This document shows, one piece after another, positions 39,457 to 46,794 of a stretch of 48,720 nt of DNA. The translations under genes were made by a program, and so were the position numbers. Within the stretch, counting starts at the first letter, position 1, and each line of letters opens with the position of its first letter. The stretch lies in the IMG/VR virus record IMGVR_UViG_3300027255_000007, positions 1-48,720 of that record; one strand, given 5' to 3'. The stretch is from a virus (Duplodnaviria > Caudoviricetes). Below the pieces are notes generated by a model, which did not search any database, was not told where the DNA came from, and saw only the letters and a program-made list of their open reading frames with translations.

Positions 39457-41088
39457 TTATAGCCAGTTAGTTTCTATCTGTTGAAAGTTGCCCATCTTCT
39501 GTGTAAAGGGTACATTATTATTCTTTAATCTATCACCATGTGTTCTAATAACTTCAAGGGCAATAGCTAGAGCAATAACAGTATCGTCATTATGACCAAC
39601 GATAGCATTAGTTTTTCCTGAGTCATCTGCCACATAATTCATTAGCTCCCCAATAACTAGTCTAGAAGGAATCCAGATATCCTCATTATCGATAGCATTC
39701 TTTAAGAATCCAATAATAGCTGGCTTAGATGCTGAGGTAGTCCTCCATCCAATCCTGTTACCTTCTTCTTTAGAAACATTAGCTAACTTAGTCTGATAGT
39801 ACATATTAACGTACTGCATCTGTGTAAGCCTATTTAATGTAGCAATACCCATAGAGTTAGACTCTACAGCTAAAAGAGCATTATTATAGTACCTACCTAA
39901 GTAAAACAAAAGATCACCAAACTTAGAGGGATCTATCATATTGTTTCTATATACAGCACATACTTCTCTATCTGCATTCATAACAACTGCAGCAGAAGAA
40001 TCTTTACCTACTCCTAAAGATACATCAGCACCAATAGTAAAGGAATCTCCAAACATAGGATACTTAAAGATCTCTATTGATCCCCTATCCTTATCTTCCA
40101 TCATATTAGACTCGAAGTTAAACTCCTTAGAAGCTAATATAGGTTGGGGTACTAGAGCAGCTAGCTTCTCAATATTAAATACGTTAGCCCCTGAAACAAT
40201 AAATGCTTCATCAGCTGTAGCGGGGTACTCCTGACGGAATTTATCCTCACCACCCTCAGCTATCTTTAGTCTCCTCCAGTAAAGTTGATCATCATCTAAC
40301 TTAAACCTAGTAACTAATATCTCTTCTTTATCGGTTCTTTCAAAGCCCTCTGGGGCTTCTCTACGGTATTCTTCCATAAGAAACCAAGGAACAAAAATAG
40401 GAATATACTCATTCTCTCCTTTAACGGCACCCTGCCATAACCTATGAAAGGCATTCCCTACTCCATTAGCAGTACTCTCTAGAATTACTTCTGTACCTTT
40501 AGCTTGTGAAATACCTTGGAACATACCCGCGAGAATCTTCTCATCGTGAGTCCAGAAAGCCACCTCAGAAAGATGCGCAATAGTCGGTGTAGTTCCTCGG
40601 CCTGCCTCCGGCGAGCCAGCTGTATATAATCTGTAACCTGAATCGTTGTGTTCAAACATGATCTCCTTAGCATTAGACTTCTTGAACTTAGGTTTAAACT
40701 GCTCAGGCATATTATCGATAGTATTCCTCGACATGCTAAACAAAGCATCCGAGGTAGCTGTATCATGAGCCATAACAACTGACTTGTTATAGGCATTAAA
40801 ATAACTCTTCCAGAAGACTCTACCAGTAGCATAGGTACTTAAACCCATCTGCCGTGCCTTCAATATAATCGCTCTAACTCTACCAGTTTCTTTCAACTGT
40901 TTCTCAATTTGTTCATTGACAATACTTTGAGCACTATTAAACGTAAATGGCTGAAAGCCCTGCGAAGAATCTTTAGGTAAGATCTTAATCTGTTCTTTAG
41001 CAAATAACTCAAAGTTATCCTTGTATTCAGCTAGCTTTTCTCTTCTCTTGAGTTCTCTCAGCGCTTCTAGCTTCTCTTTATTATTCAT
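39457..41088 (-). CDS. terL: Terminase large subunit
   Basis: ILKARQMGLST (Walker A), HLSEVAFW (Walker B), ESTANG, GADVSLG and HNDDTVIALA nuclease motifs. Confidence 0.96.
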   Translation of the reverse strand: MNNKEKLEALRELKRREKLAEYKDNFELFAKEQIKILPKDSSQGFQPFTFNSAQSIVNEQIEKQLKETGRVRAIILKARQMGLSTYATGRVFWKSYFNAYNKSVVMAHDTATSDALFSMSRNTIDNMPEQFKPKFKKSNAKEIMFEHNDSGYRLYTAGSPEAGRGTTPTIAHLSEVAFWTHDEKILAGMFQGISQAKGTEVILESTANGVGNAFHRLWQGAVKGENEYIPIFVPWFLMEEYRREAPEGFERTDKEEILVTRFKLDDDQLYWRRLKIAEGGEDKFRQEYPATADEAFIVSGANVFNIEKLAALVPQPILASKEFNFESNMMEDKDRGSIEIFKYPMFGDSFTIGADVSLGVGKDSSAAVVMNADREVCAVYRNNMIDPSKFGDLLFYLGRYYNNALLAVESNSMGIATLNRLTQMQYVNMYYQTKLANVSKEEGNRIGWRTTSASKPAIIGFLKNAIDNEDIWIPSRLVIGELMNYVADDSGKTNAIVGHNDDTVIALAIALEVIRTHGDRLKNNNVPFTQKMGNFQQIETNWL

Positions 41089-41121
41089 TACTTGTGTCCT
41101 ATAAAATACATAAAATGTATA

Positions 41122-41138
41122 TTTCCTATTAGGAACCG
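41122..41138 (-). promoter_or_regulatory. Putative phage promoter (CGGTTCCTAATAGGAAA) heading the late operon
   Basis: Motif copy ~35 nt upstream of terL. Confidence 0.7.
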
Positions 41139-41184
41139 ACTAATAACTCTTATTACATTTCTAAAAGTAATATTTTGTATTAGG

Positions 41185-41245
41185 TTTTGGGTAACCCCTA
41201 GGATTTTTTGGGGGAGGGTTTTTGGGGGAATGTTTGGGGGGTACC
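41185..41245 (+). repeat. T-run/G-run repeats (TTTGGGGG x3) at the late/early boundary; probable genome end or early promoter
   Basis: G runs at 41189, 41210, 41216, 41224 and 41236. Confidence 0.55.
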
Positions 41246-41395
41246 TCTCTCTGTGTCAAAGAATCAGGGTGTTGGTTTGGGTTCGCCCCTTCCTCGTTCG
41301 TGTCCCCCCTCTTCTGGTGGGTCGCTCTCCTGCGTGTTGCCGTCTTGCCCTGCGGTCCCGCGCTTCTTCTTCCTCTGTGGCTTCTGGAGTTCGTT

Positions 41396-41743
41396 GTGTC
41401 TCTCTCTTCTTTTGTTTCTTCTCTTCCCGTCCTTGGTGCTGCTTCCTCTGTCGCTGCTCCTCGTCCTTCCTCGCTGTTGGCTTCCGTTCCTCGTGCTCGG
41501 TGGTCTGCTCCCGTGTCGGTTGTGGCTGTGTCGGTGTCTGGTGTGGACTCGGTCTCTGTGGTCTGCTCGGACGGTCGTGTCCGTGTTTGTCGTCCTTCGT
41601 ACGCCTCTCGTGCCTTGGGTCGTTCGGTCTCGGTGGACCTTGTGTTCTCTCGTCTGTCGGCTCGTGTTGGGTCGTCTGTTCGCTTCTGTGCTGCGTTCGG
41701 TTACTCGCCTGATACCTGGTTCGTTGGTGTTGAAGCTGCTTAA
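41396..41743 (+). CDS. First early gene, adenine-depleted (115 aa), paralog of 43135..43488
   Basis: GGAG at 41386-41389 and a GTG start; 11 A in 348 nt; full-length alignment with 43135..43488. Confidence 0.8.
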   Translation: MSLSSFVSSLPVLGAASSVAAPRPSSLLASVPRARWSAPVSVVAVSVSGVDSVSVVCSDGRVRVCRPSYASRALGRSVSVDLVFSRLSARVGSSVRFCAAFGYSPDTWFVGVEAA

Positions 41744-41768
41744 CTCTTTTTCTTTCTTGGAGGTTCCT

Positions 41769-41936
41769 ATGTCTTTCTTCTTTCGCTTCTTCGGTCTTCT
41801 TGGCTTGCTCTCTATCGGGCTTGCTTTCCTTGGTGCGTTGTTTATGTTCCCGCCTGTGGAGTGCTTGTTGCTCCTCGTCTGTGGTGGGTTGTTAACCTTC
41901 GCTTGTTCTTTCGGTCTTAACTCTCTGGAGATGTAA
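41769..41936 (+). CDS. Small two-TM membrane protein, adenine-depleted (55 aa)
   Basis: GGAGG RBS and ATG at 41769; MSFFFRFFGLLGLL...; 12 A in 168 nt. Confidence 0.7.
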   Translation: MSFFFRFFGLLGLLSIGLAFLGALFMFPPVECLLLLVCGGLLTFACSFGLNSLEM

Positions 41937-41937
41937 A

Positions 41938-42432
41938 ATGAAACGCTTTAACACTGTTAACCTTCTTGTTCGTAAACGCGTTGACATCCGTGATGGTGTA
42001 ATGGTCTCACATCCTTGTGGGTCTTATGCGCCTGTCTCTTACCTTCGGTCTCGTCCTAAGCTCTCTCGGGCTGTTGCTGGTGATCTCCAGCAAGACGCTT
42101 CTTTCTCTGGTGACTTTGAATCTGAGATTCTTGATATGGCTCTTCGTGGCTGTGATATTCCTAACTCTGTGTACAGGCACTTAAAGTGGTGGCGGTCTAA
42201 GGGCTGTCCTCACTGGATGTCTGGTCGTGAACCTTCTGCTCCTCTTGTTGCTTGGTGGGATACTTACTCTTGGGTGTTCCTTCCTACCTTGAGCAGAAAG
42301 AAAAGCTCCGATTCAGACGCTGAGTACCGTGATGCTGTTGCTTATTACCGCGACATTGCCTTCCATAACCTTGCTGAGGCTAGGAGGCTCACTCGTGAGC
42401 AGTATGACTATTCTATTGACGCACCTTTCTAA
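41938..42432 (+). CDS. Early hypothetical protein
   Basis: GGAG RBS; 164 aa; ~18% A. Confidence 0.75.
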   Translation: MKRFNTVNLLVRKRVDIRDGVMVSHPCGSYAPVSYLRSRPKLSRAVAGDLQQDASFSGDFESEILDMALRGCDIPNSVYRHLKWWRSKGCPHWMSGREPSAPLVAWWDTYSWVFLPTLSRKKSSDSDAEYRDAVAYYRDIAFHNLAEARRLTREQYDYSIDAPF

Positions 42433-42442
42433 GGAAATTACT

Positions 42443-42775
42443 ATGACAAACGGACTTGACACTATTCACCAAGACATTACGACCTTGACCCTTCATGGGT
42501 ACGACCAAGACGTTGTTGATCGTCTTCAGGGATGTGACCTTCTAATTGCTTGGAGGGTTTCTTGTGACACTTTACAGGAGAGCGTTGACTACGCAATAGA
42601 GTCTTACACTGTTGACAATCCTCTTGTCACCGAGATGGCTCTGCAAAAGCTGCTTAATGCTGCTAGGATTAATTGTGAACTCTCTAGGTTCTTGGATGAC
42701 GATGACCCTGGTATGCGTAATGCCACAATGGACCAGATCAATGAGGGTTTGAATAACTACTACGGTAAGCCGTAA
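42443..42775 (+). CDS. Acidic early hypothetical protein
   Basis: TAAGGA RBS; start at MTNGLD; Asp/Glu-rich. Confidence 0.7.
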   Translation: MTNGLDTIHQDITTLTLHGYDQDVVDRLQGCDLLIAWRVSCDTLQESVDYAIESYTVDNPLVTEMALQKLLNAARINCELSRFLDDDDPGMRNATMDQINEGLNNYYGKP

Positions 42776-42864
42776 CAGTACTGCCCATAGGTCTCTACGG
42801 AGACCCTTGGAGAGCGCTGTGCTCGTCCCGTTCCTCAGGGGTTTCTGGGGTTAGGAGTTGTCAA

Positions 42865-43032
42865 ATGACAAACAAAAACTGGTGTGTGTGGTCTTGTGCC
42901 AATGGTCGTGAAGATGAGCTGTACGCTTCGGGCCTGTCTGAAGCTGACGCAGAGTTGGTTGCCACCGAGTGTAACATCGTTGCGGATGAGCTTGGTGAGC
43001 TTGTGGAGTTCCGTCCTGCTCCTGAACTCTAA
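42865..43032 (+). CDS. Small acidic early protein (55 aa)
   Basis: AGGAG RBS; MTNKNWCVWSC...PEL. Not in the ORF track. Confidence 0.7.
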   Translation: MTNKNWCVWSCANGREDELYASGLSEADAELVATECNIVADELGELVEFRPAPEL

Positions 43033-43134
43033 AGAGAGCTTTCCTAGTTGCATCCTTCAGGGTGCTTCTAAGAGGGTTTTCCTCTACACCGTTCCTATGC
43101 GGATCATAGGCTGTCATTACTCAAGGAGATTACA

Positions 43135-43488
43135 ATGACAACGGCTACTCTCAATCTTACCTCTGCTTTTACCTCTGCTTTCTCCTCTGCTGAGAACGCT
43201 CGACTAAGCAAGCTCTTCAGTTTGCCAGATGTTTCTGTGTCTGAACCAGTGACAATCAAGATCATCTTAAATCAAGGTGATCGTGTTGTTGCTATCTGTT
43301 CTGACTTTAGAACTAGGGCTGTTGTAACAAAGACGGTAAACAAAACTTTTAACACAACATTAACTACTAGCGATATATACAATCGCCTTGCTAAAAGGGT
43401 TAATCAAGAGGTAGTGTTCTTTGCTACTAGTGTTAATGGTCGCAAATACACAACTGACTCATACTTTGTTGGCTTGATTGCTATTTAA
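43135..43488 (+). CDS. Early hypothetical protein, paralog of the A-less gene
   Basis: AAGGAG RBS; shares the CSD.R.R, RL..RV and D..FVG motifs. Confidence 0.8.
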   Translation: MTTATLNLTSAFTSAFSSAENARLSKLFSLPDVSVSEPVTIKIILNQGDRVVAICSDFRTRAVVTKTVNKTFNTTLTTSDIYNRLAKRVNQEVVFFATSVNGRKYTTDSYFVGLIAI

Positions 43489-43498
43489 GGAGATAACC

Positions 43499-43606
43499 AT
43501 GTACTTCATCTACCATCGCTTGACACAAGTCTTAGTGGCGAAGACCACAAACCCAGCCATTCTCAACGAATACTCGCCTGAGAATTACCAAGTAATCATC
43601 TACTAA
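43499..43606 (+). CDS. Small early protein (35 aa)
   Basis: TAAGGAG RBS. Not in the ORF track. Confidence 0.6.
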   Translation: MYFIYHRLTQVLVAKTTNPAILNEYSPENYQVIIY

Positions 43607-43617
43607 GGAGAATACAG

Positions 43618-43770
43618 ATGAAACCACAACTCAAGTACATCTCAGGTAATCTCTACCTGATTTTCCCTTACGCTTCTGACGCAGATACCTGGGACTTCTG
43701 GGTAGGTACTGTATTACGCAGGAAGCGTATCAGTTTCGTTAACTACATGAACAGCTATAAGCTTATCTAA
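43618..43770 (+). CDS. Small early protein (50 aa)
   Basis: TAAGGAG RBS. Not in the ORF track. Confidence 0.6.
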   Translation: MKPQLKYISGNLYLIFPYASDADTWDFWVGTVLRRKRISFVNYMNSYKLI

Positions 43771-43781
43771 GGAGAATTGAC

Positions 43782-44024
43782 ATGTATATGCTGCTAACAC
43801 CACTAAATGAGGACAACGTAGGCACCTCGATTGAAGAAATCATTGAATCTCTCGCAGAATTTAGCTGTGAGGCAGTGCTTTCTGTAGATCATGCAGGAGT
43901 TCATAATGTATTTGCTACTGCAAAAGACCTAACTACCATCGAAAATCTCTGTAACACAGTAGATTTAGAGGGTTGTGTGGTAAATTACAACGAAGTGTAT
44001 GACCAAGAGGAGAAAGTACTATGA
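43782..44024 (+). CDS. Acidic hypothetical protein
   Basis: TAAGGAG RBS. Confidence 0.7.
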   Translation: MYMLLTPLNEDNVGTSIEEIIESLAEFSCEAVLSVDHAGVHNVFATAKDLTTIENLCNTVDLEGCVVNYNEVYDQEEKVL

Positions 44025-44269
44025 ATACCAAACAAACCTCAGCAATTCTCGATGCATATCTCGATTTAATTGGTGCATTTGAGGATACCTATGGACAACC
44101 TCATGACTGGACAGGTCATTTGCTAACAATAAAGAAGATGAGTGAGGTATTTAAAGAAGAACTTAGGGAAGCTGACCTAGATATCGACTACTTTGATGAT
44201 GTTATCAGGGGAAATGTTAAGCGATACAGAAGCCAAGAGTTGGCTCAAGAGGACATTTTAAGTAATTAA
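44021..44269 (+). CDS. Hypothetical protein
   Basis: ATGA overlap with the upstream gene. Confidence 0.7.
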   Translation: MNTKQTSAILDAYLDLIGAFEDTYGQPHDWTGHLLTIKKMSEVFKEELREADLDIDYFDDVIRGNVKRYRSQELAQEDILSN

Positions 44270-44431
44270 CATAGTACCTATATAGGTATACCCACAAAAG
44301 CCTCGTCTAGGTACCTTTCTGCTGCTCTCTGAGTATATTTCTCAGGGTATCGTAGCTGAGAATGTAGCTAGATGGAGGTTTTTGGGGTAAATCTTGTGCG
44401 GGTATCAAAAGTTAAACAAAGAAAGTAATAT

Positions 44432-44608
44432 ATGACTACAAAAACTCTCAAAGAACAGTTCACCTCAGAACTATTCGCCACCGACAAATCCCTAAACAAC
44501 TCTTACTGGAAACATGTAAAGAACCTCGACACACCAAATATTGTAACATTCCACATATTCCTCAACACACTCTTTAAAGAACTCGATAAGGAAAAGCTAT
44601 ATGACTAA
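44432..44608 (+). CDS. Small hypothetical protein (58 aa)
   Basis: MTTKTLKEQF...; overlaps the next start. Not in the ORF track. Confidence 0.55.
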   Translation: MTTKTLKEQFTSELFATDKSLNNSYWKHVKNLDTPNIVTFHIFLNTLFKELDKEKLYD

Positions 44609-44786
44609 AGAAGAACGAATACAAGAGCTACTTAGCGACACTACCCTGTATTGTTGCTATTGTGGTACTCAGAAACATTCCTTCCAATGTTGTGGTGAAG
44701 TACACTACCAAACGTTCTACGGAATGTCTGTTGAAGAGCAAAATGACTTTCTATCTTTTGAGGAGTTTGATAATGATCTACTTTGA
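44601..44786 (+). CDS. Small Cys-rich (zinc-binding-like) protein
   Basis: YCCYCG...CCGEVH motif; TAAGGA RBS. Confidence 0.7.
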   Translation: MTKEERIQELLSDTTLYCCYCGTQKHSFQCCGEVHYQTFYGMSVEEQNDFLSFEEFDNDLL

Positions 44787-45051
44787 TACTGCTTGGAGTC
44801 CACCTATGGCTATTTATAAAAGTAAGTATTCCGATTGTCCCTTCACATACATCGGTTATGATGCCTATGATAATAAAGTATTCTATCAAGGCAACTCCCT
44901 TGTATACCTAAAAGCCAATGCTGAAGCATATCTTAACAACCTATCTGATCATGAGTACAACGATGCAGAGATATATCTTATAGATATTGTTGCAGGTAAA
45001 CTTATAAATTTCAGGTTAAAATTCGGGCTAATTATCGAGGATAACGAATGA
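44773..45051 (+). CDS. Hypothetical protein beginning MIYFDTAWSPP
   Basis: GAGGAG RBS before the ATG at 44773. Confidence 0.65.
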   Translation: MIYFDTAWSPPMAIYKSKYSDCPFTYIGYDAYDNKVFYQGNSLVYLKANAEAYLNNLSDHEYNDAEIYLIDIVAGKLINFRLKFGLIIEDNE

Positions 45052-45257
45052 ACACTAAAGCCTATCCCATACTAACTCTCACACCTGTCATAGCTCCTTC
45101 CATATGGTACTCCAGAGATGTCTGGAATGTACCTAATGGACTGTACTATGATATCAAGTCCCTAGAGATGTACTTTGTGAGTAACAGTCGCTATGTACAG
45201 TCTGTAGGTTATTTACCATCAAACGCTATGGAGGTTCAAGATGAATTAGAAATCTAA
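45048..45257 (+). CDS. Hypothetical protein
   Basis: ATGA overlap; GAGG RBS. Confidence 0.6.
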   Translation: MNTKAYPILTLTPVIAPSIWYSRDVWNVPNGLYYDIKSLEMYFVSNSRYVQSVGYLPSNAMEVQDELEI

Positions 45258-45264
45258 CTTTAGC

Positions 45265-45281
45265 CGGTACCTAATAGGGAA
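45265..45281 (+). promoter_or_regulatory. Putative phage promoter (CGGTACCTAATAGGGAA)
   Basis: Consensus copy of the motif, intergenic. Confidence 0.7.
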
Positions 45282-45325
45282 TTTCCAGTAAATAGTATCA
45301 TATAGATATTATTAATAAAGAGAAA

Positions 45326-45360
45326 TAAAAAAGAGAATATCCTTAATGAATATTCTCTTT
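45326..45360. terminator. AT-rich hairpin between convergent units
   Basis: AAAGAGAATAT...ATATTCTCTTT inverted repeat. Confidence 0.6.
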
Positions 45361-45370
45361 AGAGTCTCTT

Positions 45371-45763
45371 TCAAGACTTATCTTCAAGACCTTCTTGAAA
45401 GATAATTCTCTGGAGTTCCTCATCCGACATATCAGAGACTCTAGTAGTAGTGTTCTGTTCAATACGTTGGAGTTTAGGTGCCTGATACTCTGCTAGCATA
45501 CTAGCATATCGAGCTGCATCTTCTAAGTTATCTTCTTGAAGAGCTTGTAGCATAGCCATCTTAATAACATCCAAGGAGGACATTTCTGGAAGTTCATCCA
45601 TGACTGCTTTAAAGTTCTTAGCAGAGAGTTTAAAAGCTTCTCTTGCTTGAATATTAGCTAGTCGTGATTGAACACTTTTCTTTTGGTTTTCCTTAGCTGT
45701 ATCTGAAGTAATTACTTTAAGATTAGCTAATGAGTTAACATTTCTTGCTTTTCCACCTGACAT
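45371..45763 (-). CDS. terS: Probable terminase small subunit
   Basis: NSLANLK N-terminus, EYQAPKL and C-terminal DMSDEEL; has its own copy of the promoter motif. Confidence 0.6.
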   Translation of the reverse strand: MSGGKARNVNSLANLKVITSDTAKENQKKSVQSRLANIQAREAFKLSAKNFKAVMDELPEMSSLDVIKMAMLQALQEDNLEDAARYASMLAEYQAPKLQRIEQNTTTRVSDMSDEELQRIIFQEGLEDKS

Positions 45764-45787
45764 ATGGTTCCTTTATAGTAGAGTAAA

Positions 45788-45804
45788 ATCTCTATTAGGT
45801 ACCA
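45788..45804 (-). promoter_or_regulatory. Putative phage promoter (TGGTACCTAATAGAGAT) upstream of the terS-like gene
   Basis: Motif copy ~25 nt before the start codon. Confidence 0.65.
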
Positions 45805-45848
45805 TCTAGCGAACTATTCGCTAACACTAAACTCTTAAAGGACACAAA

Positions 45849-46361
45849 ATGACTGATTCTATTAACAACACTGGTTCTAACGTTATGATCAAAGAAGTAA
45901 AGTTGTACTGGGCTAAACTCGATAAGCCAGTATCACCCTTCGGTACTGATCAATGGGAACTCTCTATTCAAGTTCCTAAGAAGCGTGAATCTGAACTTGC
46001 TAAGTTTGGTAAGGTGAAAGCTGGTTTTGAGCCTAATACTGTTGCAGTACAGCTCAAGAAGAAAGCTATTAAGAAAGATGGTTCTGAAGCTGCTAAGGTA
46101 CGAGTTGTAGATTCTTCTAAAAATCCTATCGACTCTAAGACCATCGGTAATGGTTCTGTTGGTAACGTTATTGTCTTCCAACAAGACTATCAGATCAAAG
46201 CACCTAACGGTAAAGTAACAAAAGAAGGTACCTCTACAATGTTGACTGCTGTACAAGTAGTTGACTTGATTAAGTACGAACCAAAGAACACTAACTTCGT
46301 AGACTTCGATGAAGAAATGCCTGAGGGTACTCCTGCTACTGAAGAAGAAGGAATGTTCTAA
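45849..46361 (+). CDS. Single-stranded DNA-binding protein (T7 gp2.5-like)
   Basis: WAKL..P, IGNGS.GNV and L.AVQVVDL..Y motifs; acidic tail ending in Phe. Confidence 0.85.
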   Translation: MTDSINNTGSNVMIKEVKLYWAKLDKPVSPFGTDQWELSIQVPKKRESELAKFGKVKAGFEPNTVAVQLKKKAIKKDGSEAAKVRVVDSSKNPIDSKTIGNGSVGNVIVFQQDYQIKAPNGKVTKEGTSTMLTAVQVVDLIKYEPKNTNFVDFDEEMPEGTPATEEEGMF

Positions 46362-46368
46362 ACACATA

Positions 46369-46412
46369 TCTCTATGAAGATTCCTAACGGATTCTTTGTA
46401 GAGATTTTTTAT
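46369..46412 (+). terminator. Long hairpin plus U tract after SSB (terminator or RNase III site)
   Basis: TCTCTATGAAGA...TCTTTGTAGAGA followed by TTTTTT. Confidence 0.6.
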
Positions 46413-46432
46413 TCAATCATAAAGGACACATA

Positions 46433-46627
46433 ATGACAAATCATCTCTCAGACTTTAAACAACGTAACAACAATTTTTATGTTGAGTCCATTAGTAATGC
46501 TTTCATTGTATCAATGGAAGTAGTTACAGAAAGCAGTGATTGGCTTACACTAAAAGTATCTGTACAAGATACTAACCAAGTTGCTATTCTGCTTAACGAG
46601 TATTTCATGCTAAAAGAAAGGAACTAA
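46433..46627 (+). CDS. Hypothetical protein
   Basis: AAAGGA RBS. Confidence 0.65.
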   Translation: MTNHLSDFKQRNNNFYVESISNAFIVSMEVVTESSDWLTLKVSVQDTNQVAILLNEYFMLKERN

Positions 46628-46629
46628 CC

Positions 46630-46794
46630 ATGAGTGTCATGAGTGATCTACATCTGCAAATTCATGAGCTATACAATGCTGGTGTTATACCAGAAGATAT
46701 TGCCTATGAACTCGATATTACTACAAACTGGGTACACGATGCCTTATCTGTTGTAATGTTTGTTGATATGTTAGAAGAGGAATATAATGATTAA
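46630..46794 (+). CDS. Small HTH-like protein (54 aa)
   Basis: ELYNAG..PEDIAYELDITTNWV pattern. Not in the ORF track. Confidence 0.55.
   Translation: MSVMSDLHLQIHELYNAGVIPEDIAYELDITTNWVHDALSVVMFVDMLEEEYND

Noticed and set aside
41267-41750. A-depletion as a product of DGR adenine mutagenesis
   Set aside because: No near-identical template region (the paralog matches only at protein level) and no RT is visible. Not fully excluded outside the window.
41092-41936. Three long overlapping + strand ORFs (206, 242 and 173 aa) suggesting triple-frame coding
   Set aside because: All stop codons contain A, so an A-free strand is open in every frame. RBS positions and the paralog support only 41396..41743 and 41769..41936.
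41981-41986. TTGACA as a sigma70 -35 box
   Set aside because: No -10 box at 16-18 nt spacing, and it lies inside a CDS.
42835-43138. Track ORFs 42835..43053(-), 42851..43117(-) and 42884..43138(+)
   Set aside because: No RBS; 42865..43032 with AGGAG explains the region better.
45933-46367. 144-aa - strand ORF
   Set aside because: Antisense shadow of the SSB gene.
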